Below are positions 1 to 14,084 of a stretch of DNA of 64,000 bases, one piece after another. The stretch spans positions 59,086,001 to 59,150,000 of the forward strand of contig NC_042998.1 of the NCBI RefSeq assembly GCF_006345805.1, written 5' to 3'. The stretch is from Octopus sinensis. Its lineage: Eukaryota. Under the pieces are notes generated by a model that saw only the letters and a list, made by a program, of their open reading frames with translations, had not been told where the DNA came from and searched no databases. The position numbers and the translations under genes are program-made. Position 1 is the first letter of the stretch; every line of letters begins with the position of its first letter.

Positions 1-64
1 CATACACACATAAATACACTTACATACACACATGCGCGCACGCACACATATATACATACATACA

Positions 65-96
<32 letters not shown>

Positions 97-101
97 CATA
101 T

Positions 102-132
<31 letters not shown>

Positions 133-504
133 CATATATACATACATATAATATGCTGTTAACTTATACTTTTGGCCAACATATTGCAACATGTCCGTAT
201 AAATAGCACCGGAAAGGCTAATAGCATATATGTCTGTGTATGTGTGTATGTGCTTATATGTGCAACGAGTATGCTTTTGTATATCTATATCAATCTATAC
301 CCCACCACACGACATATATACGTGTATATATATATGTATATATATATGTGCAGTTTCATCTATATATTTCCATACATTTATGCACACACCTGTATGTCGA
401 TATATTTTATGTTATCGGTGCACATACACAAACATACACACACACACACACTCACACACACATATATACATACACAACATACACACATACACGCACACAC
501 ACAC

Positions 505-547
<43 letters not shown>

Positions 548-558
548 CATATATATAA

Positions 559-595
<37 letters not shown>
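1..595. repeat. Compound (TACA)n/(CA)n/(TA)n microsatellite
   Basis: Directly visible tandem di- and tetranucleotide runs. Confidence 0.95.
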
Positions 596-596
<1 letters not shown>

Positions 597-743
597 CTTC
601 TACAATATAAACAAACAACAACACAGGCAAACGTGCGCAGGCATAAACACGCAAACATGCTTTTATATAATTCCCAGTTTTCTAAGAATTTGGCGAAGAT
701 ATTGCGATAATTTGGACGAATTATAAAGAAACAGCGAATAAGT

Positions 744-858
744 CTATCTATCTATCTATCTATATCTATCTCTCTGCCTCTCTATCTCTCTATCTATCTA
801 TCTATCTATCTCTCTGCCTCTCTATCTCTCTATCTATCTATCTTTCTATCTATCTATC

Positions 859-901
<43 letters not shown>

Positions 902-909
902 ATCTATCT

Positions 910-979
<70 letters not shown>

Positions 980-990
980 AATCTATCTAT
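744..990. repeat. (TATC)n microsatellite
   Basis: Long TATC run with occasional TCTC/TGCC interruptions. Confidence 0.95.
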
Positions 991-991
991 C

Positions 992-2072
992 TCCCGCAGC
1001 TCGTCTCCTTGGACGAACTACAGTCATGGATCAAGCAGAGACCGAGGCTAGGCGAATGGCACCGCGAGTGTCGCGTTGCTCTCAAGCAACTCTGCCGTCC
1101 GGGATCGAACTTGTGCGACTCCATCACAACAAAGGCATTCTATAGAGGATTAGTGGAGGGGAGGTGCGACGACGAACTCGGGCAGAGTCTGGGCGTCGAC
1201 GAGGAACACCTGAACCGCCTGTTCAGGACAACTTTCGGGCCGGGACCTATGAACAATCACCAAAGATCCCTGGCCTGGCAGTGCTATCGAGAAGCATTAC
1301 CTGTTCGGGATAAGCTCTACAGACACGGTTCCAGACACACTGGACCGACTTGCCCGAGATGCGGTCAGAGCGACGAAACCGTTCTGCACGCACTCGTGCA
1401 ATGTCCAACCATTTCCGACCTGTGGGCTTATGCCGAACGGCTGCTGTCACGTGTGGGACGAATCCGCCTATCGGCCGAGTCTATCCTGAGAATTGCTCCG
1501 CCCCCTTCCCTCAACCGGGAAGGCAAGGCAGTTTTCATCGTACTGGTGGCCATGGTGAAAGAATGTGTGTGGTGGACTCGAGCGAAAGGATTAGAGACAA
1601 ACACTTACCTCTCTGGCCAATCGCTCATCAACTTTTTCAAGTACCACTTGAAAAGGAAGGTGAGAATGGAGAGGGAAGTTTTGTCTCGCGAAAGATTCAA
1701 AAAAAGATGGGTGAATGTTGCAAAGATGGTGCGTGCTAGTAACGAAACCATTTTGAGCATGATCCTGTAGATCGTGAAAAAGAAAGAAAGAGAGCATTTT
1801 TGACCTCATGTGTTTATTTCCTCCCTGACTGGGGTTCCCGTGGTCTTTTCTGTAGGCGTTTCTTCCCACGGATGAACCCAATCTTGTTATATCAATGTTT
1901 ACACCATTATTTCTGTGATACACGATTTTCCTTTTTTTCCTTTTTTTTCCTCCTCTCGATCCCTTTTGATCGCAATCTTACATTTTTTAATTTTTTTCCA
2001 CCCTCGAAAAGAAAAGCTCTGCATTTGTATTTGTCCCCTCTGTATTCAGCCCTGTGTGGCTAATAAAAGAAA
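992..2072 (+). mobile_element. 5'-truncated Tx1/L1-clade LINE: ORF2 C-terminus plus 3' UTR
   Basis: Open frame 1009-1770 (TTG, not a real start) has the zf-RVT-type motif WQCYREALPVRDKL...CPRCGQSDETVLHALVQCP. It is followed by a T-rich 3' UTR and a hairpin/A-rich tail. Homologous to C-termini at about 37.2 kb and 56.5-57.4 kb. Confidence 0.88.
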
Positions 2073-2074
2073 GT

Positions 2075-2538
2075 TATCTTGCTATCTGTCCATCCATCTG
2101 TCCATCCATGTATGTATATATGTATGTATCTATCTATATATCTATCTATTTGTCTGTCTGTCTGTCTTTCTGTCTGTCTGTCTTTCTGTCTGTCTGTCTC
2201 TCTGTCAGTCTGTCTAACCATCCATCCATCCATCCATCCATCTATCCATCCATCCATCCATGCATCCATTCATCCATTCATCCATCCATCCATGCATCCA
2301 TCTCTCTGTCTGTCTGTTTATTATCTATTTCATCCTAATTCATTTCAGTCATGAAATTACAACCATAGAGGGGATCTACCTTAACAACTGACTTATACTT
2401 AAATATAGACTTGTACGATCACATAATTCTTCTCTACCCACTCACTCTCTCTACGAATTCATTTATGCATGAATATATTTATATGTATAAATCTGAGTGT
2501 ATATATATATATATAGATATATTATATGTATATGTATT

Positions 2539-2618
<80 letters not shown>

Positions 2619-2725
2619 ATACAAACATCCAATCACAAACACACACACACACATGTATATATTCATATGTATAAATATACATATGCATATATACTTATGT
2701 GTGTATGAATATGTATATATATATG
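2075..2725. repeat. Compound (TCCA)n/(TCTG)n/(TATC)n and (TA)n/(TG)n microsatellites
   Basis: Visible tandem runs separated by a short unique stretch. Confidence 0.85.
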
Positions 2726-3109
2726 TGTAGGGGTGGGGTGGTGAATAAAGAGGGTATCAGATAGATCTTGCGTATGTTTTGAAGATAATTTTAGTCGCAG
2801 ATTATTTGTGTATCAGCAACATTTTACTTCACTTCTGTACAGTGTTATAGAAAATATCTATAGATTGTAGCCAACACTATGTAATGAAGAACTGCAAATA
2901 TCTCGACTTCATGAATAATATTTTTACGGACAGTAAACCAGAGCAACGTTGGACTAGATTCACCTTATTACTGGGATTTCATAAAAAAAAATATATATAT
3001 GAATGGACCATAAACAAAACTTGACTTAAACAGGATTCAAATAATCCTATCAGGTGGTGCTATTAAGTTAGACATGGCCTAGACCAATCTTTGGTCGAAA
3101 CATATCTAA

Positions 3110-3156
<47 letters not shown>

Positions 3157-3173
3157 ATTTATTATATAGAAGG

Positions 3174-3224
3174 AGCTTCTACAGGACTAGAACTGTTTCA
3201 TTCAAGAGAAATCTTCAGGAAGCT
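3174..3224 (-). ncRNA. Type I hammerhead ribozyme motif (Penelope-type repeat end)
   Basis: Minus strand reads agcttc-CUGAAGA-uuuc ucuu gaau-GAA-ACAG uucuaguc CUGU-A-gaagcu: 6-bp stem I, core CUGANGA/GAAA, 4-bp stem III, GUA cleavage triplet. Identical to the motif at 49148-49198. Confidence 0.75.
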
Positions 3225-3414
3225 AGTTAACAAGAATTGTATTTGCATTTATACATTTAGGTGGTGGGGGACTTTTTGGGGGTAGGCATAGCGCAAAAAT
3301 ATCATACTTGGGGGAGTGGTCAAGGAGTCAGTGGTAAATTAGATAAAAGAATAAATAAAAGAATAAAAAAATATATAGAAGAATAGAGTTTTAGGTAAAT
3401 AAGGAGATTCTCAC

Positions 3415-4194
3415 TTATACCTATACACATATGTATACATATATATACACACACACACACATATACATACACACATACATACACACACACACATATATAT
3501 ATACACATAGATATACACACATACATCTACACACACATATATATATATATACATATATATATACACACATATATGCATATACATATACACACACACATGT
3601 ATATATACACACACGACCACACATACATATACACAAAAAAAAAATATATATATACATACACACACATACACATACACACATACACACACATATATCCACA
3701 TACACATATGCACACACAACACACAAGTCCCTATATACACATATATACATATACACACATATATACATATATATATATATACATATATATATACATATGT
3801 GTACCTATACATACCTACACATACACACATATACATACAAATACAAACCCATTCCCTAATTTTAATTTTATTATCTTCATTTATTACTTTTGTTATCTTT
3901 GACCGCTGGTCACAAGCATCTTGGCTACGACAGCAAGTCCATTTATCTTTCTACTTGAACACAAGCACTCACTCACGCACGCACACTCATTAGCACGCAC
4001 ACTCACTCATTCGTACACTCATACACATACACGCACGCACGCGTTATATTCATACATACATACATCTACATACATTCACATATATACACATACGTACGCG
4101 TACCTACAGATTCGTGTCTACACGCTTACAGGACTAGTCTATACATATACACCAATAAATATATATACACACATACATATACATCTACATACAA

Positions 4195-4235
<41 letters not shown>

Positions 4236-4361
4236 CGTATATATACATACATACATATATACACATACACACACCCACACGTATACATATACATACATAT
4301 ACGCGCATGCATACACATACATATACATACACATACACATACATATATATACATATATACA

Positions 4362-4403
<42 letters not shown>

Positions 4404-4758
4404 CATACATATACATACATACATATACATATATACACACACATACATACACATATACACATACACACACATACACATATACATGCGTACCTATACACAC
4501 ACACACACACGCGCATCCATATATACACATAAGTACACACATGCGTAAAAGTATACATATATCTATACATATGCTTACACATACACACACACACGCGCGC
4601 CTCCTTATGTTCATACTTACATGCATACTCAGAAATAAATAAAATATATATACGTGCAGTTATTCATATACATACATGCATACTCAAAAAATAAATAATA
4701 AATATTAAGTATATATACGTGCAGTTACCTATTATACAGACGGATACATACATATAAA

Positions 4759-4850
<92 letters not shown>

Positions 4851-4902
4851 ATACACACATACACACATATATACATACATATACATACACACACATACAC
4901 AT

Positions 4903-4953
<51 letters not shown>

Positions 4954-5020
4954 TATATATATATACATATATATACATACACATATATATACATATACAC
5001 ACATACACACACACACATAC

Positions 5021-5113
<93 letters not shown>

Positions 5114-5125
5114 GTGTATATATAT
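3415..5125. repeat. Long cryptic (TA)/(CA)/(TACA) microsatellite field
   Basis: Nearly continuous AT/AC dinucleotide sequence with short interruptions. Confidence 0.9.
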
Positions 5126-5511
5126 GTGTGTGTATATGTGTTTATTTGTTTTTTATTTATTTCGTTTCTTCCTGCGTCCGTCAACTTCTGTATAGTTTGT
5201 TATCCATGTATTGTTTGTCTGTTCTCAGTTTATATTCCGTTCACCTCTTGCATGTGCCTCCAGCTGGAAAACAATATTATCGTTAAATGCACGAAATTGC
5301 GTTAGGCTCTCTGGAATTGGGGATCTTCTGTGCCTGTACTCCATTCGTCTTTACATTTAATATATGCTTTTTAGCTTGTCATTCTGTGTCTGTTTTACGT
5401 TTGTGCAAGTACAATTCATTTTTAAAATTATTAATTAACAGAACGCAGCACACCTCGGTTTTATTCAAGGTATATATCCATAATACATACATATATATAT
5501 ATATATATATG

Positions 5512-7568
5512 ATTGATTGATTCTAGTTTCAGCTTATGAGCTGTGGCCATGCTGGGGCACCGCCATTTGGTGTTGCTACTTGGTTTCACTTCATGGAGGC
5601 TTTCTAGCAACTGCTATTTGGTGCATGAGAGAGTTCGATGCAGCTGCCCTCATCTGCCCCTCCTGCCGTGAAGTTGGTTCATCTGGGACACCTGACAGGA
5701 AGAGATCCAGCTTCATTTTAAAGACATCTGTATCCACCCCATGCAGGTCTCTCAGGTTCTTCGGGAGGATATTGAAGAGCTGTGGGCCTCGGAAGCCCAG
5801 GCTATCACAGAATCTTGTCCTACATCTTGATGGCAGGTTTGGACTCCTAGGCACCACGCAGTGGCGCCCAGTTCTGGCATTTGCGTAACTCTCGATGCCA
5901 AAGTTCAGGACACTTCCCTCCAGGATCTTCCAGATGTATATTATGGCATATCTTTCCCGCCTACGCTCCAGGGAATATAATTTTAATCTCTTGAGTCTTT
6001 CCCAGTAGCTTACATTCTGCATAGAGGCTATCTTCTTTGTGTAGCTTCGTGGATCGCCTCAAGTTCTGTGATCAACTTGACACTGGATGGTGACCATAGC
6101 TGAGAGCAATAGTCAAAGTGGCTTAGGACAAGTGTCTTCCAGAGGACCATCATGGTTTCTTGTTCTCTTGTTCTAAAGGTTCTAAGAATCCATCCAGCCA
6201 GCCGTCTACATTTCATTGTCAGTTTAGCAACATGTACATGAAAGGTCGCGTCATCACTCATGTGAATACCCAGGTCACGCACTGATTGTGCCTCTGGGAT
6301 TGCAATCCCTCCGGGTCCAGTGTATTCATTGGGTATTGCATTCAGTTTTGCATGCTGATAGTATAAAGCTTGAAACTTTCCAGCATTGAACTGCATGCTA
6401 TTCTTTTCAGCCCACTTGTATATTTCGTCCAGCTCACATTGCAGGTGTTTAGTGTCCTCAGGGTTCTGTATTGCCTGTGAAACTTTTGTATCATCTGCAT
6501 AACTTGTGATCGTGGCTCTCTGCGTGGCTGAGGGCATGTCTGAGAGGGCCATTATGAACAGTAGTGGTCCCAGAACAGTGCCCTGCGGAACACCGCTCAC
6601 TATTTGTGTGTTAATGGAGGTGGCCCCATTGGCTACTACCACCTGACTTTTATCCTTCAGAAAGTCATGAAGCCATTCTCCCAGTTTTCCAACTATGTTG
6701 AGATCACGCAGTTTGTGACATATCATTCCATGATCGACTTTATCAAAGGCCTTTGCAAAGTCGAGATATATCACTTCCACATTTGAGTGGTTGAGCAGCC
6801 GTTTCAGCACCCAGTCATAGTGTTGTAGGAGCTGAGTTAAACAGCTTCTCCCTGGTCGGAAACCATGTTGGGTGTCGGGCAGCAAGTCATTCTCTTCAAG
6901 GAAGGTGATCAGCTTCCTTCTGACTATTCGTTCCATGACCTTGCTGATGTGTGAGGTCAGAGAGATAGGTCTATAGTTCTTGGCTTCCGCTCTGCTACCT
7001 CCTTTATGAATGGGGCATATTTTACCTTCCTTCAGTTTTCCTGGAAGTTTGCCAGCTGCAAGGAAGCTCTGAAAGAGGAACTGCAGTGGTCTTGCTAGGA
7101 CTCTCTTACATGCTTTTAGGAGGATTGCCGGGAATCCATCGGGGCCAGTAGCTGAGTCTGTTTTCATTTCATCTATAGCCTTGGTTACATCGTCTTCCTT
7201 TATATCGATGTAATCTATCGTCGCCGCCTCTGATTTTATATCTGCAGTGGTAAAAAAGTCAGTTAGATTGGTGATTTGGAGATGCCCAAGGGGTGGAGTG
7301 AAAACACTCTTGAATTGCTCATTCAGTATTTCACTTACCCTCATTGGTTTTCCTGTAAGTGTGCCATCCTTTTCGAGGAGTGGCCCTATTCTACAGTGCA
7401 CTGTAGCTGTTTCTTTGGCATACCTGTAGAAAGCTCTGGGGTTAGATTTTATGTTTTCTATAGCCCAGGCTTCTTTGTCTGCTCTTTCTTTTTCATGGGA
7501 GAGTTGCAGACATTTTTCGATTTCCAACAGTTTTATTTTTAGGCGGGACTTTTCACTGCTTTCACTGT
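5512..7568 (-). mobile_element. CR1-group LINE, 5'-truncated, reverse transcriptase and C-terminus, one frameshift
   Basis: ORF 6028-7596 has NYRPISLTS, QHGFRPGRSC, YLDFAKAFDKV, GVPQGTVLGPLLF and YADDTK. A single-base frameshift near 6040 continues into ORF 5591-6022 (YSLERRRER). Short 3' UTR with (TCAA)n tail at about 5512. Confidence 0.93.
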
Positions 7569-8809
7569 ATATATATATATATATATACATATACATACAT
7601 ATGCATACTTATAGAGTTTAGCAAAGCAGATTGATCCGAAAGTATCTCAGATGATTCCACTGTTTGAGCTGGAGTGGTTATGCAACAATGCGAATTTACG
7701 TAATGTTATCTAATATGTTATGTAATAAACGTCGTATTTGGAAATAACTAATGCTATTGCAACGTGTGTAGTGATGTTTCGAACTGTCCGTCCGTACTTG
7801 TTCACTACACACACAGACACACACACATACATTTGTATGTAAATATGTATGTATGTATGTATGTGTGTGTGTGTGTATGTTTATGTGTGTCTGTGTGTTT
7901 GTGTGATACAAGAGAACTAGCTGGTAGTTCACATATGCCTGCAATATTGCTTTTGCTTTTGACATCCTAAATAAATATTCCGGCAATCGAGTTCGTGTAG
8001 TTTCTTGCTGCTGCTGTTGTTAATGTACATCTCTAGGTTCATATTGTTTTCGCTATGACCTGTAGTCAAATGCTTTATAGCCGTGACCATCTAATCTTTA
8101 TTTTCCTGAGTATTGTCAAACCCAGACTACATTATCAAATATATCCTTTCACTTGCAAAAACAAGAGTTGATATGAATGAGATTCTGATGTTCGGCTGCT
8201 ACTTCTGGTATGTCGGCTGGCCACATAGAGACACCGTCATGAAACAGTATTTTAAAGCTGGCGAGTCTTTCGATGCTTTTCTTACAGAGTGTAGAAGTTT
8301 GCCTGTAGAGCGGAATAAAAATGAAAAGTAACCCATTCTATAAGATCTTTCCTAGCCCTGCATCTTTGAAGTAGGATTACCTAACTGAAGTCCTTCACTT
8401 TGAAGGAAAATATGTGTTTGCTGCGCCTATGCGACTATTGTTTATCAAGTTATATTAAAAGTTTTACTAAGGGGAATCGGATTTTCACTGCAACTTTGTA
8501 AATCATATTCAAGAATTTAATGTTTCTGTTGCTGCATTGAATGAAAAGATTTACAATTAAATGAATTATAGCTATGACTCACTTTCCCATTACAATGGTC
8601 AGCAAAATAAACACCGGAGATGAAATTAGTGTTTTCGGAATGCGTTTTCTATACTAATTTCAAATCTTTTTATAAGTTTTTTTTGCGGGCGCACCTAGTT
8701 TTTCAAATATTACATTGTTTATTTTTCTCAATTTGATCATTACGTAAGATGTATTAAATTATATTTTATAGAAAATTTCTTTATTGCTTGAACAAAAACA
8801 CACCATATG

Positions 8810-8919
8810 TCTAATATATGTATATATATATATATATATTATATATATATATTATATATATAATATATATATAATATATATATATATAATATATATATGT
8901 ATGTATGTATGTATGTATA

Positions 8920-8963
<44 letters not shown>

Positions 8964-8980
8964 ATATATATATATGTATG

Positions 8981-9024
<44 letters not shown>

Positions 9025-9032
9025 TGTATGTC

Positions 9033-9093
<61 letters not shown>

Positions 9094-9107
9094 GTATGTC
9101 TATATAT

Positions 9108-9150
<43 letters not shown>
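8810..9150. repeat. (TA)n microsatellite with TATG interruptions
   Basis: Direct observation. Confidence 0.95.
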
Positions 9151-9152
<2 letters not shown>

Positions 9153-9404
9153 ATATTTATAATATTATTTTTATATCTTGATTCCATTAGACAGATATGC
9201 AGTTGACGAACATTTATTAAATATGATTTTATAAAATTGCACTAGGAAGCATACTTTCGTTTTGGAATGATATCGTGTTTCTATAATGTAAATATATTGA
9301 TGGCTTTGTTTTCCGTATCGCTTACTGCTCCAAGATTTTTTGGCAAAGTAATCGCGATGAGATATGTTTTATAACAACCGCTTCCCATTTCTTTTGTAGG
9401 TATC

Positions 9405-9650
9405 AAAGTGGTTTGTGATTAAGGTGTTGGACACATGATCGTAAGATTGTGGTTTCGATTCCTGGACTGGGTGACGTGCTGTGTACTTGAGTAAAGCATT
9501 TCATTTCACGTTGTTCCAGTCCACTCAACTGGCAAAAATGAGTAATCCTGCGATGGACCAGCATCCCATCCAGGTGGGAGGTTTATATGCCATGAAAGCG
9601 GGAAACCGGCCCTTATGAGTTGGCATGATGCGAGAGAGAAACTTTACCTA
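9405..9650 (+). mobile_element. tRNA-derived SINE, family C
   Basis: B-box-like GGTTTCGATTCC, then tcatttcacgttgttccagtccactca. Alignable to the minus-strand copy at 59350-59580. Confidence 0.75.
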
Positions 9651-10084
9651 ACTGAGCTATTGAAGCAGTTCCACTAAACTTTCATCTGTAGAGGAGTTAC
9701 TTCTGCGAGAAACTTTAGGTCGTTATTTTAATTCTTGTTAAGCTTTTAATTTCACTTCATTGAGGATTTGTTCAATTTCTATATCTTCTAAATCCTTTCT
9801 AATTTGGGAACGCACAAATCCCTTCCTTTAAATTGCCGCGCTCACATTTGAGGGCTTTCTCTTTTCTCCTTATTTAAACTGATATTGAAATGCTCTTGAC
9901 TTTATTTTATCTATTGCTTTAGCAAAACACAATTAAACACGTTATATCTTCTGAGGATCGGACACGGCTTATATCTTGTGATGTATGCTATTCTTAATGA
10001 TTAGTTATGGTTAATAGAGTGACCGATTGTTGCTCGACAGCTTCCAAGGCATAAAGTAAAACATTATTTAGTTAATTATGCCAG

Positions 10085-11880
10085 TAGTTGTGAATTCCAC
10101 AGAGATTTGATTGATGAACGAAGTTCAAAATGACATCAAATAGAATATGAATGTCATCATAATTCCTTAAGGTGGACGGAGTAGACAGTGAATTTGCATA
10201 GTTTTATATTCTTGTTATCCTGTACAACTGCTTTCAAATTACTGTCGGATGAGATAATAAAAAGGCACCACTCAGATGATGCTTCATTATCTGAGACAAG
10301 TTTAAGGAGTGTTCATAGCAGAGAAGTCCACTCATTACAATTTGCACAGCTTAGTCAATTAAACTACCTTCCTTTAGTCTTGAGACGAGAGGCAACATTG
10401 CTTTCGTTTTAGACAGCGATAAATCTCTAAAATATACATGAAAGGTTTTTGAGTAAATAACAATGACTTCAAAGTTTCTTCAGATATATATTCAAGATTT
10501 ATCGAAAGCCTAGTACCTTTAATACTCGCACCTTCATTGATGTCTATTTCATTATCTATAGAAGCTGCTCCATCATTTGATCGAAAGGACAAACGCATTG
10601 TTTCTTCATGCTGGACTGCTTTACATATTATTACAGGTTTGGATAGACAGTTTTATGTTTGTTCTTTGCAGCAAACAAAATTGCGTAAATGCTACAAACA
10701 TATCTCTCAGTAGTATGACGTATTTGTTCACTTGATATTACGGTTATGGAAATAGCATTGATCGTTTCTTTCTATTCAACGATCGCCTAATCCGCTTGAA
10801 CAAACAGGGTTAATTTGCTGTAGCAGCCATAGCTTGTCTCTATGACAACCAAGGTATATCTCGAATGCTGTATGAGATCTCTTGTAATAGTTCGTTGTTG
10901 TGTCTTAGCTGTAAAAGTACCACAAACTAAACAAAGATTCTGAATGATTTTTATATTCACGAAGCATGCTGATAAAATGGCAATGATCTGAAGAAATAAT
11001 CTGAAAAATATAAAATATTTAAAATTTAATTATAATTATAACTAACATAATTTCACTAATCTCAAATACTCTATGTGCTACTATTAACTAAAAACAGTTT
11101 TGAAGCCGGTATCAAAAACGGTTTCTAGTCCAACCCACATCATTTCCTATGGAAATTCTTTGTTAATCAGCGTTATTCGATATTTTACTGCAATGTTTAA
11201 AGTATCCTTCCTTTCTGAAAGATATTTTATGGCAAATCGTTTGACCATGTACACACTCTGCTTGGTTCCATTCTCTTGTTCTTCCATAAGCAGTAAAATT
11301 TTACATAATACTCTGGCGTCACTGAAGATTGCTTCTCTCGATATAATTGCGCTACATTTTGCTTTGGTGGCGATGTCGATTTATTCATATCTAGTCCTTC
11401 TTTAGTTGTATATCTTACACTTAATATAACACTAAATATATTTATATTAGAATAGAAAGATTCTTACTATTGTTAGTGATTTTCGCTGAAGAAACATAGT
11501 ATTTTAATGGAATACTGAGTTGAGATATGTGTAAAATTTAGTGGTTAGGGTTAGTATTTGGGATAATATTCGGCAATAGTTTGCTGGAGACCAAATCGTA
11601 TCTGATAGAGGTATTATGGTAACAAGCGTTCAAACCATGACCATACAGTCATTTTTATACATTTATCCTATTGGACAACGTACCAAGAGTACATTATCCA
11701 ATGTATTTTTTTTCCAAGAGGATAAGATATTAGTTAAGAGAGATTTGGCTGCTAACATTAATAGGGAGAGGGAACATTTTGCGACTTTCCCGGAAACGAC
11801 TTTTGCGTTGGAAAGCATATCGCTGTTGGTGTTTGAACAATGTATACTGTTGTGAAATAGAGGCCTTTGGAATGATTTCA
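10085..11880 (-). pseudogene. SHOC1: Decayed SHOC1/ZIP2-like coding remnant (core and C-terminal region)
   Basis: Collinear peptide patches across frameshifts and stops: VEIIPKASISQQ, LLMLAAKSLLTNILS, TLVTI, KILLLMEEQENGTKQ..SERKDTL..KEFP*, SRYTLVVIETSYGCYSKLTLF, SINLEYISEETLKSLL, NEW..LLKLVS, HLKEL..HF..SIKSLW. They resemble human SHOC1 as I recall it; not verified by a search. Confidence 0.5.
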
Positions 11881-12059
11881 ACGTTTTCCTATAGTTACTA
11901 TTTTACGCATAAAAGCTGCCATTTACTGTAATTTTTCATGATCTCTACATAAGAAAATTAATATGTTGAGTCTGACTTTTCACCCTGGCGCCGTGTAGAT
12001 GCAGGGACAGTGCCAGGATAATGTTTAAAAATATGTTGGCGGTCGTTGATGTAGGCAGT

Positions 12060-12430
<371 letters not shown>

Positions 12431-13049
12431 GAAGGTTAAAGGTTTCAAATAAATAAGATCTTACAAGTACTAATCGATATTATTTTGATTTTACATTCTT
12501 GTTGTTAAATCTAATATATAATGGTTATGTTCAATTTTCCTTGATTATTGCATAGTGAAGACTACTTAAGAAATCCCGAGCCTAGTAGATTCCTTCTCCT
12601 TAAATGTTCTAAACATGTTACTGCTAAAAAGGAACTTGAAATGAATCATTGGCTGTTGGTTTATTATAACAAATGGGTGTCACATCTAACAGTTTGAGAA
12701 AGCCCCTTAATAAAAATACATTTCTCCATTTCTCAAGAAACTGTTTCTGCTTTCGAAAATATAAAAATCGATATCGAAAACGCTTGCTTCCATTCTGTGT
12801 ACAAATCTATTCTTTTTACCGCTCTTAACTATACGTCAGTCACTGTTCTAGTTACGACATCACAGTTGCATTTACTTCTTCCACCATGTGCCAAAAATTA
12901 GGTTCTGTACCCTCCTATTGAGAAAGACGTTACTCCAGTTATGGGATATTTATTTAAGTGGCGATACTTGTTTTAAGAAGACACTCTATTGACATTTTAA
13001 ATTTTAAAAAAGTGTATGATTTATGTTTGATTTATCTCGTAAATGCAAA

Positions 13050-14033
13050 CAGAAAGAGCTGGTAAGCTGAACTTTCTAAGGAAAAGCGATGTCTTATCGT
13101 GTATGTGCTGTTCAACACAACTAAACAACAAAATTCTTGTGTCACCTAGCTGTGAGAAGAATCTTGAATTCTGCAAAGACAAAACAAATATGAATGTTCA
13201 TGAAGTGAGCTATGACTGTTGGATATTCACTGAACTAAAACCAATTCTATTGTTTAACACTTCGTAATGGCTACTCGAGCAATGAAGCATATCTCAATGA
13301 ATTTATTCAGACAGTTGGTATAGTGGAAACATATTTCAGTTGCAGCAGATGAATAAGTGAAGTTATTCTTTTGCTTTTCAATGTGCTGGCATCACTTCGT
13401 ATATCAATGTTCGATGACTCAAAGCACTTTTCCCGTTGGGATTTCTTTGATAATACTGTGACATATTTGTGGAAATGGAAGTGCAACAGTTTCTAAACCA
13501 TTTAGAAATTGCGAAAAGCAGTCATTCCTTAAAACTGTGGCGATAATAGACAATATGCGAGAGTAAACGGGACAATATTGAAGTCCAGTATTGTTAGCTT
13601 AATGTCACAAGACCTTCCAGAATCACAGTATAAATGTGTTGATTTGGGAGAAATTTATTAATTATACTCTGCACTTTTAATGCCGCATAATCATTTGTTT
13701 CCTTTTTAGTCTCCAGTCGGCGTCATCCCAACTATTAGTTACTTTCCATTGGTCTTGTCCTTGTGAAAATTGTCTGAACACCTAAATGGGATTTTTAGTG
13801 GAGTTGAACAAGTAGCAGACATTGTCCCACCTTTTGATTTGTCAAAATACTCACCATCTCTAGAACAAATTGATCATTCGACATCAAATCTACCGTCTGT
13901 TAAATTAATTCCAGGTTTCAATAAAACTTTCGACTCCGATTCTTCATTCCACAATGATATTTTTCTTGAGAGAAAGACTCAGTAATTAACTGCGATATTA
14001 TTTCTCGTCGTTCAGAGGGAATTTTCAAGCTAC
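13050..14033 (-). pseudogene. Decayed large exon, probably the upstream S/E/K-rich part of the SHOC1-like locus
   Basis: AG acceptor at 14034-14035 on the minus strand. Protein-like stretches (SLKIPSERREIISQL, EYFDKSKGGTMSATCSTPL, CLNKFIEI) are broken by stops and frameshifts in every frame. Confidence 0.3.
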
Positions 14034-14084
14034 CTTAAAGACTTAATATGTGGATTATTATTTATGCTTCGAGTAAATTTTCGG

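Noticed and set aside
3075-3110. gacca-atctt-tggtc-GAAA-catatc hairpin, hammerhead-like
   Set aside because: No CUGANGA upstream. At best a heavily decayed remnant.
172-5184. Many ORFs rich in Y/I/H/T or C/V/M/Y (and similar ones throughout the window)
   Set aside because: They are translations of TA/CA/TACA microsatellites that happen to lack stops. No coding signal.
8050-8302. Strong minus-strand splice acceptor followed by short open frames
   Set aside because: All frames close within about 50 codons and I recognise no protein. It could be a terminal exon of the pseudogene but is unsupported.
11545-11556. TTAGGGTTAG telomere-like motif
   Set aside because: Fewer than two full units; expected by chance.
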